This document shows positions 10,855 through 23,333 of a DNA stretch of 64,000 bases, piece after piece. The stretch spans positions 54,250,001 through 54,314,000 of the forward strand of contig OZ360226.1 in assembly GCA_977017645.1 (NCBI GenBank). The letters run 5' to 3'. Both the position numbers and the translations under genes were made by a program. Position 1 is the stretch's first letter. Every line of letters starts with the position of its first letter. This DNA is from Torpedo marmorata (taxonomy: Eukaryota). The notes below the pieces were generated by a model. That model was not told where the DNA came from, made no database searches, and saw nothing but the letters and a program-made list of their open reading frames with translations.

Positions 10855-11552
10855 CCCCAAACTCCCCCCCCCCAAGAAAAAACGAAACAAAACAAATGGT
10901 CGACAATGTTTATATAATTACCAATTTCAAATATATGATAAAGAAAAACTCCAAGGCTTCCCGGCAGCAGGGCTTATCGTGTGAAGGAACCCAAAACAAA
11001 TTAATAACAAATCTTCTTTGATTAAATTATCCTGACCCCAAATAATCTAAATAAGGTTGCCAAATTTTATAAAAAGTAACCTGTTTTTAATGTTAAATGT
11101 CATTTTCTCCAATGGAATACAACTATTTATTTCTGAGGTCCATCATCAAGACAATGGGGAATCTGACTTCCAAGTAGTCATTAAACACTTTCTAGCCACA
11201 CAAAAAGCTATTCCCAAAAGTATAATTTGATACCTGGTTCAGGTGTCCTTAATTGTAGTAAAATTTCCCAAAAGGCATATCTCTGGATCTAAAATTAGAG
11301 TAACTCCAATAACTTTAGATAAGATGTCACAGAGATTATGCCAAAATTGTCTCAACTTACAGCACATTCATGTTGAATGTCAAAAAGAACCAACCTCCAT
11401 TCCACATCTAAAACACATCTCTGATAATTCTGGTTTAAATTTATGTAATTTCTGTGGAGTTAAATATAATTGATGATAAGAGATCCAGGATAAGATGGGA
11501 ATCAGACTTAGGTATAGTAATTGATGAAGAATTATGGTCAGAATTGTATGTT
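10855..11552 (-). mobile_element. L1 fragment with short 5' inversion inside Tc1
   Basis: Minus 11476-10855: HQLYLTPQKL..MCFRC..KCLMTTWKSD..KIWQPY then 3'UTR to the G-tract; plus 11476-11552: SRIRWESDLGIVIDEELWSEL. Confidence 0.78.
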
Positions 11553-11781
11553 AATTACTATAAGGATTGGTCTCCTATGATTTTGGTAATCCTAAGGTTT
11601 GGGCGATGACTCTGTTTTATTCTTCTTTTTCATCCTCATAATGGCTTATTTGACTTTCATTGGCACAACTCTGGTCATCATGTTGAAAAATGGCAACTAG
11701 ACTCCAAAGGTGATCAAAAGCTTAGAAGCAAGCCTAGCTCTCTTATACCTGCCCCGATGAAGCAATTAAACATACCTGAGT

Positions 11782-12166
11782 TGTTAATGTGGACCTGAGG
11801 TTGCTTGAAAGCTGACACAAATACAGCTGCAAAAACAAACTTTTTAATCACTTTGCAAAGCACGAGAACTCCGTTTCAGTGAGCATTGCCACAAGCAGCT
11901 AGTCCCACTCCAAGAGTTTCCATGTGGCTTACAAAAACAATATTTATACATTCCAACCCCTAGGTTTCTTGAACATTCGAATAGACTGCTCCATACAAGT
12001 ACATATTTCTTAGAATTCTCTTGGTATTCATTAGTCAGGACTGTGTCCCTTACCAAATGGTGAATATTCTTTTACTACCTTACCAAATAAGGTAGTTAGC
12101 TGATAACAAGAAAGAAAGGAATGCAGAACTTCTCTTCCAGTCAACATTTTAAAACTTGCCTTCTCA
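11782..12166 (-). mobile_element. Solo LTR (ERV class I or Gypsy type) inserted in Tc1
   Basis: TG...CA termini; 4-bp TSD GAGT (11778-11781, 12167-12170); minus-strand TATAAATA (~11941-11948) and ATTAAA (~11843-11848). Confidence 0.7.
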
Positions 12167-13819
12167 GAGTAATCACAAACACCTGTGAAGCCAAATGTCC
12201 CAAACATTATGGTGCCCTGAAATGGGGAAACTATGTATTAAAAGTGCTGTAATTTCTACATGGTCAAACCAAAATGTATACAAATACCCTTTAATAAAAT
12301 CTGGAATGTGCAATTTAATCACGTGAATTGTTTGATTCCAAATTTAAAACTGTGGAGCACAGTAGCAAATAAAGGGAAAAAAAAATGTCTTTGCCCCAAA
12401 CATTATCCTGGAAGTTTTCTACGATTTCGCCTGTAACATTTCAATTGCAGTGTTTATTCCTTTGACCTGACTTTTTTTGCAACCTCCAATCTATCAAAGA
12501 CCTCATCAAAAGTCATTACTCTCCCTTTTCCTGGCTTATCCACGACAAAATCATCTGTTTTTGTGAATGTGAGGGACTAAGTCAGGGACTGACTTGGTCA
12601 TCAAAATCAAACCTTGGTGAACCACAGAGACAATGGACTATCTTATACTTAAGGTTGTTTATTATTCTATTACTGTCTTCTTTTCTCAACTGTCAACCAT
12701 CTTCTCAAGGACATACAGATGTAGATCAATGAAATCACATCTCATTCTTCTAAATTCCAGATTATTTAACCACATTCCTTGTGGGATCTGTGAAACGTTA
12801 AAAAATTCTGCTCAGGTCCTCTTTCCTTTTTCCATTTGGTACTACTTCCTTCTGTTGACTAACTTGAAAGTTTCATCACCTTGCTCTCACTTTTATATGG
12901 CCCATTATAAGAGATTATCAAGCAAAATTACAACAAATGGGATTAGGGCAATATCCCACTGTGGATTGAGGATTAGTTCATATTGGGAGTCTTAAATTAG
13001 CCAGTGCTGCAAAGATTACTGATGATGGCATTCTAGCTACTTACAATCAACATCAATGATTTGGATGAGGGAACCAAGTACAATGTGCCCATTTTTTGCC
13101 AATTTCTATCTATGGATGTTGTTTGACTAGCTAAATTCCTCCTGCATCTCATTGTTTGCACAATATGTTCTTGCTTGCTGATGATGCTTTCCACTGTCAA
13201 CTATGAGAAGAATGCTGTGAGCTGATTTGTTTTGGCATAAAAAAATATAAAACTACTTTTTTAAATAGTAAAAGGTTAAAAGGAGTTGCTATCTGAGGGA
13301 TGTGTCCTTGTACAACAGTCACAGAGTTAACATGCAAGTACAGAAAGTAATTAGGAAAGCAAACAGAATGTGGGGGGAATAAAAAGTGACAGCGTTAACA
13401 AGAAATTGGTCCATGGATGAATCTGGGTGGAAGGCATAGTGATATTCCCCAGGTTTAGTAATGAGTAAAGTATTCCAAGGACATTTTTAAAATCTACACA
13501 TGACATAAAACCTGAAAATATAGAGAACAATGAAAAGTGTTAGACTGGTGGTTATGGGTAGGTATGTGCCAGAAGGAAATGAACAAAGAAAAGAGTACAT
13601 GATACAATTTGGTCAGAAAAGAGGCAAAAGGTACAATTCTAAAGGGGGTGCACCAACAGAAGACATGAAGGAATCTTTAAATAATGCAGGACAAGTTCAG
13701 AAAATGCATACCAGATACATGAAGTAAAACAGTTTGCATACTTACTGCAATTGCAATGTTTTGCAAACTGCTTTGAAATAAAAAAAAACATCAACTCTAT
13801 CATGCATTTAAGATCTTAT

Positions 13820-13825
13820 TTTATT
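13820..13825 (-). terminator. Candidate ARGLU1 polyadenylation signal
   Basis: Minus-strand AATAAA ~700 nt after the stop codon, followed by a GU/U-rich downstream tract. Confidence 0.55.
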
Positions 13826-14522
13826 TGTGAAGTTTGTACATTTACAATAGGGGGAAAAAAAGCAGGCTAACTCTTGCTAAATGATGAAAAACAAATCAGA
13901 ACATTAAGAGGTGTGTGTACTGCAGATCCAGAACAATAATTCTTCTCACCCCAGAAATGTGGTTATTTCCTTACCTGTGAATGACGGGAGCCATTCCATT
14001 GACAACAGCATTATATTTGTGACACACCACAGAGACTCCAAAGTTCATTCAGGGTTGGTTGGGCAGTCAATTTTGATTACAGATTCAAAAATGTTTTTAT
14101 AATGGTATATTTTCCAATTGGTTTCATTTACAGTTGATATAACTACATCATCCCAATACTACTTAACATTTACATCACATTGGGTTTGCTAAGTTGACTA
14201 CAGCGGAACCCATTTTTAGATCATCTCTGTAAAGATCCCCTTAATCTTTAAAGTCCCAATCTGCTGCAGCCATTTTGTTTTGGAAACTGATGAGGATGAT
14301 CTCTGCATGATAACATTTTGACATCGGCAAATCAGAGATGCTCTATATAGGGTTCCATTGTACTGATAGAAGCTGTTTTAATTTCAGTTTTAAAATCACA
14401 TTTCTCATTCTGTTAAGAAATGTTGTAGAGCACAGCCCACATCTGATCATTCAAACTTTGTCTTTCCCAAAAACACTTCAACATGAAGCTACAAGGTTTA
14501 AAAAAAGAACACAAGCACAAAG

Positions 14523-14690
14523 TTATCCAACAGAGCTTTTCAGTGAGAAGGACAGCTTTGGCCTGGACTTCCCCTTGCCCAGGATCAGTTTTTGTTCTTC
14601 TTTTTGTTGACGCTGTCTTTCTTGCTCAAGCTTCATCCTTTCTTCATGGATTTTTCTTTGCTCTTCAACAATTTTCAATTGCTCCTCAGC
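14523..14690 (-). CDS. ARGLU1: ARGLU1 exon 4 (coding part)
   Basis: tccacag|GCT acceptor; [55 protein letters not shown]; below the ORF-track threshold. Confidence 0.96.
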   Translation of the reverse strand, partial: AEEQLKIVEEQRKIHEERMKLEQERQRQQKEEQKLILGKGKSRPKLSFSLKSSVG

Positions 14691-15235
14691 CTGTGGATTG
14701 CAAAAAAAATGTTTAGCAAATGTATTAACAGTTTTCCCAAACAGTAAATAGTATTATCCAATTAGTTAAAAATAATTGCTCATTCTCTAGAACTACTTTA
14801 GTTTCCACAATCACTGGAACAATAAAATGATTTTACAATGTCGTCATTTCAATAAAGGTATTCTGAAGGATTAAAATCTAATGCTGATTGTTATCAAATT
14901 CAGATAAACAATTCTGGTACCTTCCATACCCCTGCCTTTGACCCACCATCAATTTTGGTGGTTACAAATCTTAAGTTGGATAATTCTCCCCACCCCTAAA
15001 TCTCTTTCCACCTTTATGAAAAAAGCCCAACTTTTCAATTCTCTTTGACTGCTCTTTTTTTTTCCTCATTTCACTTCCAGTAAGTGTATTGGGGCATGTC
15101 ATGTTAAAATAACTACATGAATGTTTATTATTATGAATGAATTAATGCTGGGCACTATATTTCACTCTGCCACTAAAGTCACTCTGTATAGTGACATTTA
15201 GGACCTCCCCAACCTCCTCCACCTCCAGGCACTGT

Positions 15236-15890
15236 CACCATCTTGGAGGATCTTTCCTGGACCCAACACACTAATGGCACCGTGAAGAAAGCATGTCAGC
15301 ACTTCTACTTCCTCAGGAGTTTGCGGAGGTTTGGTATGACATCGGAAAACCATGCAAATTTCTACAGAAGTGTGGTGGAAAGTATGCTGATAGGCTGCAT
15401 CACGGTCTGGCACACGGACACCAAAACCCCCCGAGCGTAAAACCCTGCAAAAGGTAGTGGACACAGCCCAGGACATTACAGGCAAACCCTCCCAACCAAC
15501 ATCTATGGGGAATGTTGCCGTTGGAGAGTAGCAGCAGCAATCATCAGGGATCACACCACCCAGCACACGCTCTGTTCTCGCTGCAGCCATCAGGAAAGAG
15601 ATATAGGTGCCACAAGACTCGTACCACCAGGTTCAGGAACAGCTGCTACCGCTCCACCATCAGACTCCTCAACAACAAACTCAATCAGGGACTCATTTAA
15701 GGACTCTTACCTTTGCACTTTTTCCTCTCTGTATTGCATAGTATGTTTACACTTTTTTTGTTTACATGTGTACATTGTGTACGGTTTTTTTTGCACTACC
15801 AATAACTGGTAATTCTGCCTTGCCTGCAGGAAAAATAATCTCAGGGTTGTATGTGATGTCATGTATGTACTCTTGACAATAAATCTGAAA
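15236..15890 (+). mobile_element. Rex1/Babar-like LINE 3' fragment
   Basis: DLSWTQHT..KKACQHFYFLRSLRRF..FYRSVVES..ITVW (DUF1891-type RT C-terminus), HPAHALFSL.PSGKRYR, AATAAA and short tail repeats. Confidence 0.75.
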
Positions 15891-16946
15891 TCGGAGTCTC
15901 CCATGGGGGACCCTGTCAAATGCCTTACTAAAATCCATATACACTACATCTACTGCCCTACGCTCATCAATTTATTTTGTTACCTCCTCAAAAAACTCAA
16001 TTAGGCTTGTGAGGCACGACCTTCCTTTCACAAAGCCATGCTGACTATCCCTGAGAAGACTGTACTTCTCTAAATGCTTGTAAATCCTGTCCTTATGAAT
16101 CCTCTCCAATAGTTTGCCCACCTCTGGCGCCAAGACTCACTGGTCTATAATTCTCTGGATTCTCCCTATTACCTTTTTTTTTTTTTTTTTTTTTAAAACA
16201 AGGGGACCACATTTGCCATTCTCCAATCCTCCGGCACCTCCCCTGTGGCCAAGGAGGATGCAAAGATCATCGCCAATGCCCCAGCAATCTCTTCCCTCCC
16301 TTCCCATAGCAACCTTGGGTACATCTCATCCGGTCCCGGGGACTTATCAATCCTAATGTTTTGAAGAAGTTCCAGCACTTCCTCTTTCTTAATCTCAACA
16401 TGTGCAGCGCGACCTTGTTTTATTAACCTCACCTTGACTAAGATCATTTTCTCTGGTGAATACTGAAGTATTCATTTAGGACCTCCCCAACCTCCTCCGC
16501 CTCTAGGCACTGTTGACTCCTTTATCCTTGAGCGGCCCCACCTTCATTCTCATCATCCTTCTGTTTTTCACGTAAGCATAAAACTTCTTAGGGTTTTCCT
16601 TAATCCTACTTGCCAAGACCTACCTTCTCATGCCCCCTTCTAACTCTCCTAAATCCTTTCTTAAGTTTCTTCCTGGCTACCATATAATTCTCATGAGTCC
16701 TTCCTGTTTTTTGCTTCCTAAATCTAATGTATGCTTCCTTCTACCTCTTAACCAGCTGCCTCACCTTTACTTGTGAACCACGGTTTCCTTTTCCTACCAT
16801 CTTGTCCCTGTCTCAGTGGGACAAACCTATCCAGAATCCCATGCAAGTGGTCCCTAAATATCCTCCACATTACTTCTGTGCTTTCAGCCGAGAACACCTG
16901 TTCCCAATTTACTCTCCCTCGTTCCTGTCTCATCCCATCGTAATTT
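15891..16946 (-). mobile_element. CR1 LINE copy B, ORF2 segment (3' side)
   Basis: KSPGPDEMYPRLL..PEDWRMANVVPLF, VDVVYMDFSKAFDRVPHG on the minus strand; continues at 22191. Confidence 0.85.
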
Positions 16947-17166
16947 CGGGACTGTCGCTGTAAGAAGAGGAGCGAAGGACTCGAGAGAGCTGTGAGTGTC
17001 GGGAACCAGCTTTTGGTGAGTGTTTTAAAAGAAGCGGAGGGCAATTTAAGGGTTAAACAGAACGGTGATTGGTGGGAGTGAGTACTACAGATAAGGGGCA
17101 GTGACAAATAAAAAGAGGGGAAGCTCAAGCGGAGCGGCCAGTGGCTCAGGGTAGGAGTGGGACTTT

Positions 17167-17217
17167 GAGGCTTTGGCTCACGAGGCTTTGGCTCACGAGG
17201 CTTTGGCTCACGAGGCT
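17167..17217 (+). repeat. 15-bp tandem repeat (GAGGCTTTGGCTCAC x3+) in the CR1 5'UTR
   Basis: Directly visible. Confidence 0.9.
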
Positions 17218-17255
17218 TCGGCGAGCAGAGGCTGAGGACAAGTTTGTTTCCTGCT

Positions 17256-18108
17256 GACTCATGACTGTGCAGCAAAACACAGCTCAAATCACATCATAAA
17301 GTTCGCTGATGATACAACCGTGGTGGGCCTTATCAGTAAGAATGATGAGTCAGCATACAGAGATGAGGTGCAGTTGCTAAAGGAATGGTGCGGAACCAAC
17401 AACCTACAGCTGAACGTAAACAAAAGAGTTGGTTGTCGACTTCAGAAGGGCCTGGGGAGATCATTCTCCTTTGATCATGGACGGCTCTACCGTTGAGGTC
17501 GTAAAGAGTACCAAGTTTCTTGGAGTGCACTTGGCGGAGAGTCTCAGCTGGTCCCTCAACACCAGTTCCATAGTCAAGAAAGCCCAGCAGCGTCTTTACT
17601 TCCTGCGAAGACTGAGGAAAGTTCCCACACTCTATCCTTACTACATTCTACAGGGGATGTATTGAGAGTATTCTGAGCAATTGCATCACCGCTTGGTTTG
17701 GTAACTGTACCACCTCGGACCGAAAGACCCTGCAGAGGATAGTGAGGGCAGCGGAGAAAATTATTGGAGTCTCTCTCCCCACCATGACAGACATCTACAA
17801 CACACGATGCATGAGGAAGGCTAAAAACATTGTGAAGGACTTCTCACACCACTTTGGTAAACTGTTTTCCCCTTTGCCATCTGGAAGGAGGTACCGAAGC
17901 ACTCGGGCTCGTACGTCCAGACTGTGCAACAGTTTTTTCCCCCAAGCCATCAGGCTCCTCAATTCCTAGATATATATGTGTATTAGCATGTTATAGTTTT
18001 TCTATTGTATTATGATATTTAAGTACATCTGCCCATGGTCCTGGAGAAACGCTATCTCGTCTTACTGTGTATATGGTAATGAATGACAAATAAAGGTGAC
18101 TTGACTTG
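17256..18108 (+). mobile_element. Rex1/Babar-like LINE 3' fragment inserted in the CR1-A 5' region
   Basis: KFADDTTVVGLI, KKAQQRLYFLRRLRK, PSGRRYRS..NSFFPQAIRLLN; AATAAA and (GACTT)n tail. Confidence 0.82.
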
Positions 18109-19652
18109 GTAAGACCTTTGTATTTAAACAAATAGTTAATGGAGACAGCAGCTAGGGCAGTGGAATGCTCCGAAAGCACCATGTGGGAAATCTGGGACAG
18201 CACAAATGTCCCTGATGACTACACCTGCAAGAGGTGCATCCAGCTGCAGCTCCTTGGAGACCATGTTAGGGAACTGGAGCTGGATGAACTCCGGATCATT
18301 CGGGAGGCAGAGGCAGTGATAGAGAGGAGCTTCAGGGAGACAGTCACCCCCAAAAGACAGGAGGCAGGTAGCTGGGTGACTGTTAGGAGAGGGAAGGGGT
18401 ATAGGCAGTTAGTGCAGAGCACTCCTGTGGCCGTTCCCCTCAACAATAAGTATACTGTTTTGGATACTGTTGTGGGCACGATTGACCAGGGACAAGTCGT
18501 AGTATTCACGTCTCTGGCACAGAAACTGGCCTCTCGGCTCAGAAGGGAAGGGGGGAGAAGAGGAGAGCCATGGTGATTGGGGACTCGTTGGTTAGGCGAA
18601 CAGATAGGAGGTTATGTGAATGAGATTGAGGCTCCCAGATGGTATGTTGCCTCCCAGGTGCCATGTTCAGAGACGTCTCTGATCGAGTTCACAGCATTCT
18701 GGAGGGGGAGGGTGAGCAGCCAGGTGTTGTGGTCCACATGGGGACCAATAACACAGATTGGAATAGGGATGAGGTCCTGAAGAGGGAATATAGGGAGTTA
18801 GGAAAGAAGTTAAAAAGCAGGATCTCAAGGGTGGTAATCTCGGGATTGTTGCCTGTGCCACATACCAGTGAGGGCAGGAATAGGAAGTTATGACAGATGA
18901 ATGCGTGGCTGAAGAGTTGGTGCAGGGGTTCAGATTTGTGGAGCATTGGGATCTCTTCTGGAGAAGGTCTGACCTGTACAAAAAGGACGGGCTGCACCTG
19001 AACTAGAAAGGGAGCAATATCCTGGCGGGCAGGTTTGCTAGAGCTGTTGGGGAGGGTTTAAACTAGTTTGGCAGGGGGGTGGGAACCAGAATGTGAATGC
19101 AGAGAATAGGGCAGAAGGTCAGAAGCATGATATTATATGTTCTGAGTTTGTGAGGAAGGACAGGCAGGGGACGAAACATAAATGTAATAAGTTAGAGGGT
19201 TTGAAATGTGTCTATTTCAATGCTAGAAGTATTAGGAATAAAGGAGATGAACTTACAACATGGATCAGTACGTGCAACTACGATGTTGTGGCCGTTACAG
19301 AGACTTGGCTGGAGGAAGGGCAGGATTGGCTGATGCAGGTACTGGGGTTTAGGTGTTTCAAAAGGAATAGGATGGGAGCTAAGGGGTGGGGGGCTAGTAG
19401 CATTACTGGTCAGGGATAGTATCACAGCTATAGAAAGGGAGGATGCTACAGAGGGAGTGTCTACTGAGATGGTGTGGGTGGAAGTCAGAAATAGGAAGGG
19501 AGCAATCACTGTACTAGGAGTAGTCTATAGGCCCCCAAATAGCCCTTGGGACACCGAGGAGCAGATAAGCAGGCAGATTTTGGAATGGTGTAGGAAATAT
19601 AGGGTTGTTGCTATGGGAGACTTCAACTTCCCTAATATTGTCTGGCACTTCC

Positions 19653-19791
19653 TTTTTAAAAAAAAATATTTTATTTAAAATTTTAAATCACACAATACAC
19701 TGTATAAAATGCAAAATTATCAAAATACATGTGATATATTTTCTCCCCCCCAGCCTCCCTCCCCACCCTAACCCTCCCACCCTTACTAATC
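19653..19791 (-). mobile_element. Very short L1 3' end inserted in CR1-A
   Basis: Reverse complement of the L1 G-tract and tail; ~17-bp TSD ATTGTCTGGCA(C/T)TTCCT plus an adjacent 25-bp tandem duplication. Confidence 0.85.
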
Positions 19792-22190
19792 ATTGTCTGG
19801 CATTTCCTGACTAATCATTGTCTGGCATTTCCTGACTGCGAGAGATAGATGGGACTGAATTTGTCAGGTTTGTTCAAGGATTCCTGACACAATATGTGGA
19901 CCAGCCAACGAGAGGGTCGGCCATACTGGATCTAATTCTGGGTAATGAACCTGATCAGGTGGCACACCTCTGGGTGCATGAGCATTTTGGTGAGAGTGAC
20001 CACAACTCCCTGAGCTTTAGCATAGCTATGGATAAGGATAAAAACAGACAAAATGAGCAAGTGCTTAATTGGGAAAAAGATAATTACGATGGAATGAAGC
20101 AGGAATTGCGAGAGTAAATTGGAAACAGATGTTCAAGGGTGAAAGCACAGAAGGAATGTGGAGGAAGTTTAGGGACCACTTGTGCTGGGTTCAGGATAGG
20201 TTTGTCCCACTTGGACATGGAAAAGATGGTAGGAAAAGGGAACTGTGGTTGACAAAACAAGTGAGGCAGCTAGTCAAGAGGAAGAAGGAAGCATACATTA
20301 GATATAGGGAGGAAACAGGAAGGGCCCATGAGAAGTATATAGTAGCCAGGAAGGAGCTTAAGAAAGGACAGGAGAGCTCGAAGGGGGCATGAGAAGGCCT
20401 TGGCATGTTGGATTAAGGCGAACACCAAGGCGTTCTATGCGTATGTGAAGAACAGAAGGATGATGAGAGGTGGGGCCGCTAAAGGATAAAGGAGACAACG
20501 TGTGCCTGGAGGCGGAGGAGGTTGGGGAGGTCCTATATGAACTTTGCTTCAATATTCACAAGAGAAAAGGACCCTGATCAGGGTGAGGTCAGAATAGAAC
20601 AGGCTTGTGTGCTGGACGACGTTGAGATTAAGGAAGAGGAAGTGTTGGATCTTCTTAAAAACATTAAGATTGGTAAGTCCCGGGGCCGGACGCGATATAC
20701 CCAGGTTGCTGTGGGAACTGAGGGAAGAGATAGCTGGGGCAGTGGCTATGATCTTTGAGTCTTCTTTGGCCACAGGGGAGGTGCCGGAAGATCAGAGAAT
20801 GGCAAATGTAGTCCCCTTGTTTAAAAAAGGTAATAGGGAGAATCCTGGGAATTATAGACCAGTGAGTCTTACGTCAGCAGTGTGCAAACTATTGGAGAGG
20901 ATTCTTAAGGATAGGATCTATGAGTATTAGGAGAAGTACAGTCTACTCAAGGCTAGTCCGCATGGCTTTGTGAAGGGAATGTCGCGCCTCACGAGCCTAA
21001 TTGAATTTTTTGAGGAGGTAACAAAAGAAATTGATGAGGGTAGGGTGGTAGATGTGGTCTATATGGATTTTAGTAAGGCATTTGACAAGGTCCCCAATGA
21101 GAGACTCGTTCAGAAAGTCATGAGGCATGGGATCCATGGAACCTTGCCTGTGTGGATAAAAAACTGGCTTGCATATAGAAAGCAGAGAGTAGTAGTGGAA
21201 GGAAAGTATTCTGGCTGGATGTCAGTGACTAGTAGAGTTCTGCAAGGATCTGTTCTGGGACCCCTGCTTTTTATAAACGACCTAGATGAAGAGGCGGAAG
21301 GATGGGTCAGTACGTTTGCGGATGATACAAAGGTTGGATGGTGTTGAAGGTTGTCGTAGGTTACAAAAGGATATAGACAGGATACAGAGTTGGGCAGAAA
21401 AGTGGCAGATCGAGTTCAATCCGGACAAGTGTGAGGTGATGCATTTTGGAAGGACAAAGCAGAAGGCTGAGTACAGGGTTAATGGTCGGTTACTTAAGAG
21501 TGTGGATGAACAGAGGGACCTTGGAGTCTATAACCCTCAAGTTTGCTGCGAAGGTTGATAGGATAATTAAGAAGGCCTATGGAAAGTTTGGCTTCATTAA
21601 TAGGGGGATTGATTTCAAGAGTCAAGAGGTCATGTTGCAACTCTACAAATCTCTGGTGAGACCACACTTGGAATATTGTGTTCATTTCTGGTCACCTCAT
21701 TACAGGAAGGACATGGAAGCTATGGAGAGGGTGCAGAGGAGATTTACCAGGATGTTGCCTGGATTGGAAATTGTCTTATGAGGCAAGGTTAGCAGAGCTG
21801 GGACTTTTCTCTTTGGAGCATAGAAGGATGAGAGGAGACTTAATAGAGGTCTACAAGATTATGAGATGCACAGATAGGGTAGACAGCCAGCACCTTTTTC
21901 CCTGGGCAGGAATAGCAAATACCAGAGGACATATGTACAAAGTGAAGGGAGGTAAGTTTAGGGGATACACCAGGGGTAAATCTTTTTTACACAGTGTTGT
22001 GGGTACCTGGAATACCTTGCCAGGGATGGTGGTGGAGGCTGAAACATTAGGAGCATTTAAGAGACTCTTAGACAGGCACATGGAGGGAAGAAAAAGAGGG
22101 TTACAGGGTATGGACATTTTTAAAGGAATATATGGGTCGGCACAACATCGAGGGCTGAAGGGCCTGTACTGTGCTGTAGTGTTCTATGTT

Positions 22191-22975
22191 CCAATTAGTC
22201 GTTCCCCAATTGAACACTTTACCATTTTGTCTGATTTTATCCTTGTCCATGGCTATGCTAAAACTCAGAGATGTGGTCACTATCACCAAAATGCTCCCCC
22301 CACCGAGAGGTCTGTCACCTGACCAGGTTCATTACCCAGTACTAGATCCAGAATGGCCTCTCCTCTCATCGGCTGGTCCACAAACTGTGTCAGGAATCCT
22401 TCTCGGACACTCCTGACAAATTCTGTCCCATCTATCCCTCTTGCAGTAAGGAGATGCCAGTCAATATTTGGGAAGTTGAAGTCTTCTATAACAACAAACC
22501 TGTTATTTCTGCTCTATTCCAAAATCTGCCTGCTAATCTCAGTGTCCTGAGGGCTATTTGGGGGCCTGCAGACTACTCCCAAATCAGTGATTGCTCCCTT
22601 CCTATTTCTGACTTCCACCCACACCGACTCAGTACACTCCCTCCAGTATGCTCCCTTTCTGCAGCTGTGATACTATCCCTGACCAGTTATCCTAAACCCA
22701 CCCCCCCCCCCAATCCTATCCCTTTTAAAATATCAAAACTACGGTACCTGCATCAGCCAATCCTGACCTTGCACCAGCCAGGCCTCTGTAATGGTCACAA
22801 CATCGTAATTCCACACACTGATCCATGCTGTAAGTTCCTCCCCTTTATTTCTAATACTCCTTGCATTGAAATTGACATTTCAAACCCTCCAACTGCTTCC
22901 TCCCCTGCCTGTCCTTCCTCACAAAACACAACACATTGCATCATCCTTTCCACCTTCTGTGCTATTTTCTACCCT
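22191..22975 (-). mobile_element. CR1 LINE copy B, ORF2 endonuclease segment (5' side)
   Basis: Reverse complement of CR1-A 19200-20075; joins 16946 when CR1-A is removed. Confidence 0.82.
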
Positions 22976-23249
22976 CACATTCTGGTAAGCAAATGTTTTT
23001 TCATACAGTGAGTGGTGAATATCTGATGAGGTGACAGAAAAGTTTGTGGAAGCAGATACAATTACAATGTTTAAAAGGCATTTGGACAGACACTTAGGTA
23101 AGAAAGGCATGGAGGTATACAGGCCGAATGCAGGCAAAAAGGATTAGCATTGAAAAGTGCTAGAGTCAGCATGAATGAGATGGGCTGAAAAGGTGTGTTT
23201 CATTGCCCTATGATTCTATTAAACAAAGTAACCAGACATTCATACTTAC

Positions 23250-23333
23250 CAATTTAGCCTGAGCTTCTGCTATTTTTCGATTATTTTCCTCCAATATTCG
23301 CTCAAGTTCTTCTCGTTTAGCTCGTTCTTCCTC
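23250..23333 (-). CDS. ARGLU1: ARGLU1 exon 3
   Basis: tatttag|GAG ... TTG|gtaagt; 84 nt; EEERAKREELERILEENNRKIAEAQAKL. Confidence 0.96.

Larger units (their letters stand above)
10543..12406 (-). mobile_element. Tc1/mariner IR-DR type DNA transposon, internally deleted
   Basis: ~215-bp TIRs (10543-10758, 12196-12406), each with two ATAATGTTTGGGACA-type direct repeats; minus-strand transposase start (MMTRVVPMKVK..IAQTLGLPK) and end (RLQAVIACKGYATKY) relics. Confidence 0.85.
16947..22190 (+). mobile_element. Near full-length degenerate CR1 LINE copy A nested in CR1 copy B
   Basis: 5'UTR with 15-bp repeats (16947-17255); ORF1 zinc finger and SGNH esterase (CLPGA, VVHMGTN, DGLHL; 18139-19066); ORF2 APE (YFNARS, TETWL, GDFN, SDH) and RT (DFSKAFD, QGSVLGP, FADD); TTCTATGTTC tail; many frameshifts. 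Confidence 0.9.

Noticed and set aside
16748-17287. 179-aa ORF with PKPRE repeats
   Set aside because: Antisense reading of the CR1 5'UTR 15-bp repeat running into a CR1-B ORF2 piece
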